DNA of 64,000 nucleotides, from the NCBI GenBank assembly GCA_040954595.2, contig CM082580.2, forward strand, positions 7,075,519 through 7,139,518. Direction: 5' to 3'. A program made the position numbers and the translations under genes. The notes beneath the pieces are model-generated. The model saw only the letters and a list, made by a program, of their open reading frames with translations. It was not told the origin of the DNA and made no database searches. The stretch comes from Balanoglossus misakiensis (taxonomy: Eukaryota; Animalia; Hemichordata). Positions 13,692 through 23,914 of this stretch are shown piece by piece (the stretch's first letter is position 1; each line of letters begins with the position of its first letter).

Positions 13692-15322
13692 ATGAATGTT
13701 GGAGTTGCTCACAGCGAACTGAATCCCAACACAACATGGCTCAACAGCCGGGGGATGTGGTTGACCTACGTGCTTACGGTGGCAGCGTTGCACTACATCA
13801 TTCTGAGCGTGCCGTGGTTTAGCGTGGCCCTGGCATGGACGCTGACGAATGTTCTTCACAACGCGGTAAGTGGAGAAGTTGGGGTTTCCTGTAAATAGGT
13901 AGTGACGGTATCGCATGCCTGGAAAGTGAGGAAACTTTTCAGCCATTGCTGGGAGAGATCCCTGATGGGCATGGTGGTAAAATATTTTTTATTGCATGAG
14001 AATCTCCAAAAGATTGATCTAGCCACCAGTGTTACCATACATGTAACACTGTTTTGTAAAAAAAAGTAAATCAAGGTGTCGGTCACTGTTGTGAACACGG
14101 AACACTCCCTGTAGCATATACATGTACAATGTACATGTAACATCACATGTAGCAATCCCCATACCTTGAAGAGCACTCATTGTTCAACTCCTAGTTGATC
14201 TAATCTCAGTTCTTTCATGTGACCGTCATTTGACCAACACAATCGTGTGGACACTGTGTTGTGGTCAGCTGATCACTGTGCTGGGGACAAGTGTTTGTCA
14301 CGTATTGCGTGCGTATCCCTCTGGCGATGATGTCCTTCAGGTTCTTGAATGATATCTTCCTTTGTCTGCTGATGTTTATTCTATGATATTTACCTGCATT
14401 GTTACTTTTGTTTTGTACCCACTGTAGATAATGTACATGGCATTCCACTACGTGAAAGGTTCGCCTTGGGAGACCGGCGACCAAGGCAAGGCCAGATACC
14501 TCACCCACTGGGAGCAGATGGACAATGGAGAACAATTCACATCCACCAAAAAATTCCTGACACTTGTGCCGATTGTGTTGTGAGTATAAGACGTTGCCAC
14601 CCATTGCCTGTTGAAAAGGGGAAACATTGGTTGGATTAATTTAATATCGTATGCGTGACTGTCTACACCCCCTGGGTAGCTGGGAAGAGCCCTTTTCACC
14701 AACTTTGTTACTCTTGGTGACTTTTCTTACAGCAAATATTAGCCAGCTTCCATTTCCAGTCTCCATTTTGAATTCATTATTTTCGGGAAATTCCCTATTG
14801 TCGTGGTAAGGTCATGAGGTCACAGGCACACCCATGTGATGTCATTGTTCGTGAAATTGTACAGACAGTTATGTGGATGTGTTTTGTGACAGCTGGACTA
14901 GTCAATTAGAAGGGCACAAACCTTAGTGTTAGCATCTGTGTGTTCCTGTTGTCCTTGTCCCATATTGAGGATGATTTTATTGAGTGGTGTATGACATTGT
15001 TTCCACCATTGAATTTCAGGAAAACTAAAGACGTGAATTGTTTGAAATTTTCACGAGAGCCAACAAGTATCAAAGACTCTACAATTGAGATTGTCATTAC
15101 AATGTACCAGTATGTACAGATATCATGGTTCTGTGTTCATGATATCAGAAGCAAAGTAATTTCTGTCTCCCGTTTTTCCCCCGCAGGTTTATTCTGGCAA
15201 GTTTCTACACAAAGTACGACAATCGTCATTTTGCCATCAATGCAGTGTCTCTCCTGGCTGTGCTGCTGCCCAAAATGCCCTACTTCCACCGCAAGAGGAT
15301 TTGGGGCATCAACGAATATTAG
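13692..15322 (+). CDS. ORMDL: ORM1-like protein, regulator of serine palmitoyltransferase (153 aa)
   Basis: Exons 13692-13865, 14428-14579, 15187-15322 = 462 nt = 153 aa + stop, the same length as vertebrate ORMDLs. Sequence [26 protein letters not shown]...[45 protein letters not shown]...[17 protein letters not shown]. Confidence 0.97.
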
Positions 15323-17280
15323 TAAAAAAGACTTTGCCATCAAAAAAAGGGGGAAATGACCAACGCGATGAAGAAAGAACATTTTATTGAGTGGAATGCT
15401 TGATTGTGAAGAGGGGTTGTCGACAGCTGATACAGAACTGAGCTTATTTGTTTCCAAAATCGCGTTAATTACAAACTGTATGTTTCACTAAATTGTGCAA
15501 AAAAATCAATAAATATATAAATAATGACCAAATGTACAAGTCAGCATAGAAAACATGTCAGCATTTTATCATGCCAGTTTGATATGTTAAGATAGTAAAA
15601 CAGTCTGTTATTTTCAGTTATCTTTAAAAGGAGCTAAATTTTGAAATAACTTGACAACTGTATACTAGAAACCATTGCAAAATCATGTGGTAAACTTGTG
15701 TATATTGTGTGTATAGATTTCTCCCAAATTATTACTATTATTTCATTTTAAAATCTTACCTTATTATTCTTTACTTTTTACACATGTTCTCAAGAATTTT
15801 GGAAGGGAGGATTGTGTGCTTAATTTGTCTTGAAGTTTAATACTGGGGGATACATGATTGCGTTTTCAGAGTGTATCTTGCATAGTGTTTGCGTCACAGT
15901 GTTCGCTGCAGGGGACATTTCTTGAGATGCCCTCCTCTGATTTTTGCCGGGGCAAATGTTGATTTGCTGGAAGATCTGTCATGTGATGTCATCCTCTGAC
16001 AGGCTTGGTTGTGAGGGGAACAGTCACCTACCGCACACTTGTGCCAGGTGATGTTTGTCTCTCAACATGTGATACACTGCTCTGGCAATCTTAGAGGGGC
16101 TGAAACGCAAGACAAATACTCACATGCTCATCGGGTGTCTGCGCAACACAGCTTATTGCATGAAATCTCATTTATTTTTTGTGATAGGAGAAAATGAAAC
16201 CAGTTTATCAAAGTACCATATAGCATGCGTGTATTGGGTGATTACTCACTTTGCCCTTCTTACTGCGCCAAGTCATGCTCTAGTCATAGCTGCCAGTCTC
16301 ACCATGCAGTGCTGTGCTGGCACTGTGCTCTGTTAGAGCAGCGTACTGGACAAGCGCGTGCGTAGCCAACTAGATGCTGTGGGTGGGTGTGTTATGATTG
16401 TATCAACCACGGTCACTCCATGCATCAACATATGGATTATTTCAAATACTGTGTGTGTGGATACTTCAGCTGATTATCTCTAACCTCGTGTGATGACTAT
16501 ATTATGCAAATTTTGTTACTCATGGTTTTGGTTGTGTGTGGGAAGGAAAAAAGTTATAGGTGTGAAATACAGTTTAAGTGTAAGATGTAAACAAGGATTA
16601 ATTTTGATAGACTCTGAAGTGGAATTGCATTTGTATAAGTTTTGTTAGAAAATACTGAAAGCAGAAGCGACGTGAAACTTTGCAGAGATGCACGTGTGCA
16701 GAGAGTTTGGGTCGGAACATTGGCAGGTACAAATTGGTGGACGGCTTCATTTGCACTGTGATCTTTGTGGTTTTTCACGCAGAATTTTTTTTTTCCTTCG
16801 TTGGTCTGGAATTGGTAGCAGTAGACCCCACAATGCAAGATGCCCATTTACATTTTAAAAAGAAACGTAAAAAAATTCTTGATACTCAGATGAAAATGAA
16901 AATTTTCGAGAGCATTTATTAGAACCTATTATGTTTGTGGGTCTTGTCTCTTAGTAGGGTATAGCTTAAACTTTAAGTACTGTTATTGGAGGTATGTTTT
17001 GCTCATTGCCAAAAGAGAGTGTTTTCAGAGTAGGGATGCAAAGTGATCGATCTACTTAGTGTAGTGAATTTCAAGTGTTCGCTCTTTTTATTTTCTCTGA
17101 TGTAAGTTAATCAGTGATGTATTTATTTAGTGTTACACTGTAGCCCTTGCCTGGAAGTTCAGTTCAGGTCCAGAATAATATCATTTTGTGACCAGTGTGT
17201 GTCATTGCCCGACCACCAGTAGTGTTGCTAAAAACATGACACAACCCAATGTAGAATTCACTACATAATATCTGCATAAA

Positions 17281-17599
17281 GGTAGTATGCACCTCTCAGA
17301 CATTCTTTGCTTTTTCTAATGGAGTGTGTGAGGTCTTTTCGAAAATGGAGAGAAGAAAACATGGTGTTCCCCATCTTGTTTCCACAGAACTTGCTACTTT
17401 GATTTTTCCCCATAGAGTCAATACAGAGATTGGCAGCCATTTTGAATTTCTTAATTGAGACCATTCGATTCGATGCGAGCCTTCAAAATTTTGTGTGGTG
17501 ACCCGAACATTTTTATGCTCAGTTTTAAGAGGGAATAATTTAAACTTGCTTTATTATAAGCAAAAGTTGAAGACGTTTACTTACGAGGTGTATTCTACC
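17281..17599. mobile_element. TTAA-type MITE (Kolobok-like, GGTAG termini), copy 1
   Basis: Left GGTAGTATGCACCTC and right GAGGTGTATTCTACC form imperfect TIRs, flanked by TAAA/TTAA. Internal GGCAGCCATTTTGAATT is shared with the copy at 37148. Confidence 0.7.
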
Positions 17600-18876
17600 T
17601 TAATGTGTGAAAAGGGGCCGGTGTTTTTTTTTTTCTTTCATCAGGAGCAAACTATGCTTTGAATACAAGTATCCTGGATGGTTAATGAGATGACACTATT
17701 GGTTTCTTTCATGTGGTGCTGGTCACTGTTTGACTGCCAAGCCCCTTCAATTCCTTGCTTCTATACACTGTATCCACTACTGAAAGAGTGGTTTAAGCCG
17801 AGTCAAAAATGCAGCAGTCTGCAGGGCTAGACCAAAATAAAACAGGGAAGTTAAGGCTTTGTGAGGGGCATACCAATGTGTCATCCAACTGACCTTACAG
17901 AAAGGCATTTTTGAACTTTCAATACAATCGGTTGGTAAACATACAGGGGCATTGTTTGAACTAGCAGCATCTGAAATTGGTGAATTTCATCGAAGTTAAT
18001 GAGTGAGAGAAAAGGCATTGTTAGTAGCTAAGAAGCTTTTCACCTGTCATTCGAACCCATACTGGGTACAAATAATCCACAAAATCTTTAAAAACAAAAA
18101 CCAACAGGAAAACCTGCTGGCAGGATGTTCATGAGCCAATTGAAATATTTCCATGATTACACTTTTCCCCTGACTCTCTCCTCTCTCTCAGCTGCACAAA
18201 CATTATCTGATCAGAATGGTTGCGGCCATAATTAGGGACTGCAAAAAGTATATGTTTGAAATTTTACTTGTGAGAGGCAACTATTGTAACTTTTTATGTA
18301 GTCACTGATTAAAGACCATTCCTGCAGAAGTGGTAAATGTGTTGTTCTTTTGCACGCACAAAGGCATAAAATAACCCGTTTTACAGTATATTCCTGAATT
18401 GGCACCTGGCTTTATGTGATATACGATAGCTAAGAAATAAATCAACTGGGTGTGGCATGTCTACCACACCAGTAAACAATATTTAAAACCCGAAGCAGAC
18501 CAAATTGATATCTCAACAACAGCCAATGTATTAATACATCAAACCATCTGCTGCGTATGATCATTTACAGCAAACCAGATGTGATATTATGATATGGCGT
18601 CCAAAAAATTCAGTCATACAGCCACCATGCATGGACCTAGGATTCCAGGAGTTTGGGCAGCTAAAATTTAGTAAAAATGGCATAAATTTGAACCTGGCCT
18701 GATGTTTTATTACAAATACAACCTCAAACTTACATACCGGTAGTTCATTTGGGGTTAGACTGAGAAACCTGTCACTCAATCCCTCATTTAAAACAAGCCT
18801 CGAGTGATGAGTTTAATCTGGGGTAGGCCTTAGTCATTACAGTTGTTCATTTGTTCTGGTTAAAGGCACAAAGCTC

Positions 18877-18985
18877 TGCCCACTTTTGACATTATTTTGG
18901 TTATTTTAGTTTCTTTCGTCATTGAGAGCTTATTAATATTTGTCAAAGAACCTAAAATAACCGAAAATGATGTCAAAAGCGAGCA
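18877..18985. repeat. Imperfect inverted repeat (MITE-like)
   Basis: CTTTTGACATTATTTTGGTTATTTTAGTTTCTTT pairs with AAAGAACCTAAAATAACCGAAAATGATGTCAAAAG. Confidence 0.7.
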
Positions 18986-19879
18986 ACCTTGCCCCTATAG
19001 TGACCACGAACAGGCCTGTTGCACCACTATGAATGCTGCGTATTAAAATTCATTTGTGAGCATTCATACTTTTTTCAAAGGGTTATTACTGCAGATGACG
19101 CCCAAGGTGACATTGAAAAAAAAAACCACCATTCACGCATGCCAGATTATACTTCATCACTGAAGCGAACCAACAAGTAGAATCACTGAATTTTTTGGCA
19201 GGTCCTTTGTTTTCATTTTTTTCACTCCGACGAATATACCCCGTTCACTGACCTTTTCCTCTCCATCATGCTGGTAGTGTAATTAACACAACACAAGAAC
19301 CACACCCACGATTAATTTTGTTTCTAGCGAGTTGTCTCAGCAAATTTTATTATGATTTTTTTATTTTTACACCAAAAAATTTATCCGATTTGAAGATTTT
19401 TACATAATTCTTAAAAAGTTAAATTTACAGGAAAATCAAATATTATTCTTTCCACAACCTAGCATTATAAATTCGCTGTTTTGTTTGCAGAGGAATACAA
19501 AGCAGCAAAGCCCCTTAATATCTATGAAATTCAGTTCCAGCTGTTGCAGTTTCTATTTTTTGAGCCTCCCGGGTAAGCCGAAATTGTCGATGCCTGAATG
19601 TGCAATAAATATTATTTCAATAAATAATGCATTCCCTGTGATAATTAATAGTAGTCCAGTCAGCCACACTGAGAGAAATGATTAGAAGAATTGACATACC
19701 AGCCATAATGGCATTGCAGGAAAACATGCAGTTTGGTGGTTGTATTAAATAAAGTGCAAGAACTGGCGGCAGTAACCCACGGTAACCTTGCCAAATGACT
19801 TGCCCAATGTTGCTTTTAATTTTGCCACGTAGCTAACCAGCGACTTAAATCAGCAACACGGTAAACACAAGCAATATTT

Positions 19880-20626
19880 TCACTCCAAAAGCATGTCCAG
19901 AGTTTGTATTATTTCAGTTCCTGAATTCCAAGGACTGATTTTCGCGCTGAAATTGTTCCCTGATTTTTGGTGATTTTCAATTTTGTCCAGCAGAGAGTAT
20001 CCGATCCTGGGAAAGACAAAGTCTTGCTCGTGGAGCGTCAGACTCGGACAGAAATCGTTGCTGCCGTCCCCCACGTAGCAGATGCAACGGTAACTGACGC
20101 CGCCCCGCTCCTGTTCCCTGAGGTACTCCCGCAAGACCTTGCTCTTGCAGAGGTTCTCCGGACAGCTGCGGCAGTCGTGGCTGTGGTAGTGCCTCACCTT
20201 GAGGCAGCCTTCCTCGTCGAAGTGCGACGGGTTGGTGATCACGTGCCCGACCGCCCCTTTCAAGTTCTCGCCCTCCAGCAGCGAGTCGATGAAGACGGTG
20301 TTGGAGTCGGACAGGATCATGCAGTCCACGTCGTCGGCGCGGCGCGACTGGTACTGCAGCATCTCCTTCATGCCCGGCGCGAAGCACATCTCGCGGATGC
20401 AGTCCACGAGCTGCCGCGGCTTGACGCCCTGGCTGTGCATGCGGTTCAGTACGTCGGTTATGTACCTCCTCCAACTCCGGTGCTTCTTGTAGCGCTTTGT
20501 GATGTCGTCGGGCACTTTCCCCCCAGGCAGGAGCTTGAAGATCCAGGTGTCCGTATTGCTGTCGACAATTGTGTGATCAAAATCACACACCAGCAACACT
20601 CTCTTGCTGCGACTGCTGGATGACAT
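19880..20626 (-). CDS. PHOSPHO2: PHOSPHO1/PHOSPHO2-family HAD phosphatase, copy A (248 aa, single coding exon)
   Basis: HAD motif I DFDHTIVDSNTD, motif II SDSN, NP..FD, HDCRSCPENLCK, motif IV YVGDGSNDFCP. Acceptor just upstream (exon starts 20634); probable non-coding exon donor at 21145 and TATA-like element near 21313-21320. Orthology to PHOSPHO1 versus PHOSPHO2 is not resolved. Confidence 0.92.
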   Translation of the reverse strand: MSSSSRSKRVLLVCDFDHTIVDSNTDTWIFKLLPGGKVPDDITKRYKKHRSWRRYITDVLNRMHSQGVKPRQLVDCIREMCFAPGMKEMLQYQSRRADDVDCMILSDSNTVFIDSLLEGENLKGAVGHVITNPSHFDEEGCLKVRHYHSHDCRSCPENLCKSKVLREYLREQERGGVSYRCICYVGDGSNDFCPSLTLHEQDFVFPRIGYSLLDKIENHQKSGNNFSAKISPWNSGTEIIQTLDMLLE

Positions 20627-20755
20627 TGTGCGACCTGTGATGTGATGAAAATGAAATTAGAAAAAATGCTATTTGTGAAATTTCAATGTCACTAGTAAGT
20701 CTTGCTTTTTTCTGTTGTTACAGACCCTGTAGGCTGTTGTTATCTTAGTCTGGTC

Positions 20756-20943
20756 CCCTGCCCCATTCCCAGCGCAGCCGGCGGTGGGAATGGGGCAGGG
20801 AAGAGCACCACTGGCGGTATGACATCAAGTAAAGTAGCAACGGGCCAAAAAACACGTCATACACTATGAAGCTGTAATAATTGTAGCCCTTGCGGATGAC
20901 CATCGCGCAAGCTGCTGCCCGTAACGGCTACAATTATTGCAGC
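20756..20943. repeat. Two adjacent hairpins in the PHOSPHO-A 5' intron
   Basis: CCCTGCCCCATTCCCA/TGGGAATGGGGCAGGG (perfect 16 bp, 20756-20800) and GCTGTAATAATTGTAGCC/GGCTACAATTATTGCAGC (20871-20943). Confidence 0.7.
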
Positions 20944-21810
20944 CAGCTGTCAATGTACGTCCATATGGTTCAGTGAAAAACGTTTGGTTCAGTAAAGTAA
21001 AGTGTCACACGCGTTTGAAACTGTCACCCCCGGGACTGTCACAAACGAGAACATCGTAGGAACTTAAAACTCTGCGTGACAGAGCAGTGTGGAGGTAGAA
21101 CACACGTTCTCCTCTCCAGTACCCTGACAGTGTCCTGTTACTTACCACAATTCATCCACGGAGACAATTCGATCCTCTTCTTACTCAACAGATGAGCAAA
21201 ATCAACATGTCTTTTCACGCTCGTTCTCATTTCATTCTGCACGCCCTCTTGTGACAAGTCTTACAAATTATAACGCCCTTTCTTTTTGTGTGTTCCATCA
21301 TGCATCACTCCCTATATATACAAAGAGTCTCACGGAAGGTACACAATGTAGTGCTACTAAAAAACCCACACACACACACACATTCAAACATTTCATATCA
21401 CCCGTTATGTCATTTATTTAGTTTCAAAAACAAATTAAATAAAACAGACAAAAATAAAATCTGTTCGGTTCAAATGAGGAAAAAAGCCTGGGCCACGTGA
21501 GGTTGAACTGTCTGTCACCTGGACAAAACTATTTATTTCCTCAGTAAAAAATTCTATCCTTGTAAATTGTCTATGACTGAATCATTATATAATAATGAAA
21601 TCTTTTCCTTTCACAGCTGTGAAAATGACTTATTTGTGTAAAAATACAGTTTTTTGGTCATCTTGAGCATATTCAGATTCTTTACACATAAATTAGTTAT
21701 TTTTATACAATACCCGTTACCGATATATATAAATATTAATACGTATTTAATATTAAAAACCCATAACCATGTCAGTTTACAGTCTCACGATTCAAATGAT
21801 TCTATGAAAG

Positions 21811-22563
21811 TTAGGACAGCAATGATTGAAGTGTTTCGATTATGGTAAGCCCAGACTCCCACGGAATCACTTTTGGGCTAAATGCCTTTCCTTCGTTTTT
21901 ATGCTTTGCGATGTCATCCGCCAGCTCGTACCCACTTCTGGGAAACACGACATCCTGTTCCCCCAGAGACAGGCTGGGGCAGAAGTCGTTGCTTCCGTCG
22001 CCGGCGTAGCACACGTGATCGAAGCGTACCCCCCCGAGCAGTTCCCGCTCTCTGATGTAGTCGTGCAGGATCTTCCTCTTGCACATGTTGGCGGGGCAGC
22101 CGGCGCCGCAGTTGTGCTGGTGGTAGTGCTTGATCTTCAGGCAGCCGTAGTCGTCGAAGTGGGCCGGGTTGGTGATCACCCGCCGGACCCCGCCCAGCAG
22201 GCCGGCGGCCTCCAGGCGGGAATCGATGAAGACCGCGTTTGCGTCCGACAGCACTATCGTCTCGACGGCGTCTTCCCCCGACTGGTACTCCAGGAGTTCC
22301 CTCATGCCGGCTGTCAGCGGCATCTTGTTGATGCATCCCGTGATGTCCTCCGGTGTGATCCGCAGGCCGTGCATGTGCTGGAAGATCTCGCCGACGTAGT
22401 CGTTCCAGCACCCGTGGATCCGGAAGTTCTTCCGGATGGGCTCCGGGACTTTGCCGTCCGGCAGCAGCTGCCACAGCCAATTGTCCGAGTTGGCGCCGTC
22501 CACTATGGTGAGATCAAAATCACAGACCATCAGGATCTTCTTCGGAGCATTTGTTGGTGGCAT
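21811..22563 (-). CDS. PHOSPHO2: PHOSPHO1/PHOSPHO2-family HAD phosphatase, copy B (250 aa, single coding exon)
   Basis: MPPTNAPKKILMVCDFDLTIVDGANSD...SDAN...HNCGAGCPANMCK...YAGDGSNDFCP. The ATG at 22563 follows a TTTCAG acceptor by one base. Probable non-coding exon with donor AAG|GTATGT at 23346. Confidence 0.92.
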   Translation of the reverse strand: MPPTNAPKKILMVCDFDLTIVDGANSDNWLWQLLPDGKVPEPIRKNFRIHGCWNDYVGEIFQHMHGLRITPEDITGCINKMPLTAGMRELLEYQSGEDAVETIVLSDANAVFIDSRLEAAGLLGGVRRVITNPAHFDDYGCLKIKHYHQHNCGAGCPANMCKRKILHDYIRERELLGGVRFDHVCYAGDGSNDFCPSLSLGEQDVVFPRSGYELADDIAKHKNEGKAFSPKVIPWESGLTIIETLQSLLS

Positions 22564-22760
22564 CCTGAAATCTAGAATCAAACGATAGAATGAAGAATAG
22601 AGAGTCACATACATTTTCTGTGTTACCCCCACACTGTCTTATCAGTTGCTTATCCAGAATACAATCAAGTTTTCCATTAATAAGCACCTGCTAATTACAT
22701 GTAAATCATTAATCTGTTTACCCCTTGTATTAAGTTGTTAAATAAACATCCCTGAACTGG

Positions 22761-22865
22761 TACTGGGTATAACAGAACAGTTATACCCATAATATACTGT
22801 TAAAACTGTGTTCTGGTATAAGAGTGTATTATGGGGGCTATAACTGTGTTCTGTTATATCCAGTA
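22761..22865. repeat. Imperfect inverted repeat (MITE-like) in the PHOSPHO-B 5' intron
   Basis: TACTGGGTATAACAGAACAGTTATACCCATAATA pairs with TATTATGGGGGCTATAACTGTGTTCTGTTATATCCAGTA. Confidence 0.65.
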
Positions 22866-23499
22866 ATAACGGTATATTTTAACAAACATTTAGTATAATT
22901 CTGAAAATGGTATAACAATAAATTTCCGAGGCTATGGCCTTGTGCAGGTCAATTTACAAAGGAGTTTGAAGCAAAACCAAGACTGGGCGCTCGGCGGCGT
23001 GTTTCAAGTTTGCAAAGCTTTGTTCATATGTCAAGGTCGTAGTTTTGAACTTGAAAGAAGGACCTTGCTGCGGATCCGTAGCCATACCAACAGTCCAGGG
23101 ATTGTGCCCGGCCCTCGCTTTTGGCAAAGGGAATGGTAGAGCTACGGATCTGTCAGCAAATAACGATATTTTGTATCCATATGTAGTCGCGGTACGCAGT
23201 TCTAAAGTCACAAGTTGCATATGGTTTTCCATACGGCTCCAACAAAAAACTAGAGTGAGACATGTCCATGCATACTATACTGTTTATGCAAATTGTGGTT
23301 TTTGTTTGAGTTCCAAGCAGACGACAAATATAACATACTTACATACCTTCAAGTACGAAACAATCAACAACTCTGTAGCAATACACTCTTCAAAGAAAAC
23401 TGGCGGTCCAACTCAGTCCTTTCACATCACCCGTCCTGCTATTTTGGTTGTCACCATAGTCCTAAATATATACATATTTACAGTCTGTTTAATGCCAGT

Positions 23500-23914
23500 A
23501 CTCATCGGCCTTTCATGAACCGGCATCTACCCAACACGTGATAACGTGAAATGGACATGTGATAGCATTTGACATGTCATGGTACGGTCAAGCCCCTTGG
23601 CCCTGGGGGCGCGCGCGCGCGGGCACGATGCGATTGTGTGACGTCACATACGCGTGACTTTTGACCGGACTATTCGTAAATCTTCGGCGTCAGCGATCGG
23701 AAATTCCCGAACGTTAGTGATTTGCATATAATGAATATTCAGAACGTGCGTTGTCATCAACAAAGCTGTGTACCTGGCAACATCAGAGATCTGCAGAGAG
23801 AATCGTAGCGACGTGATAAAGAGATTCTCTCTCCGAAATCGTTGCATTTTTGCAGCGTTTGATTAATTTCTGTTGTACTTTCGGACATCGAGTAGTTCCG
23901 GAAAACCGAAAAAT
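23500..23914. promoter_or_regulatory. Putative bidirectional promoter PHOSPHO-B/CFAP210
   Basis: CpG-rich interval with CACGTG (23535-23540), a (GC)n run near 23609-23620, the palindromic TGTGACGTCACA CRE (core 23639-23646) and an RFX X-box-like GTGTACCTGGCAAC (23768-23781). Confidence 0.6.

Noticed and set aside
19967-22575. Long antisense and alternative-frame ORFs (218, 249, 165, 188 aa) over the PHOSPHO genes
   Set aside because: Same GC3 shadow effect; low-complexity translations.
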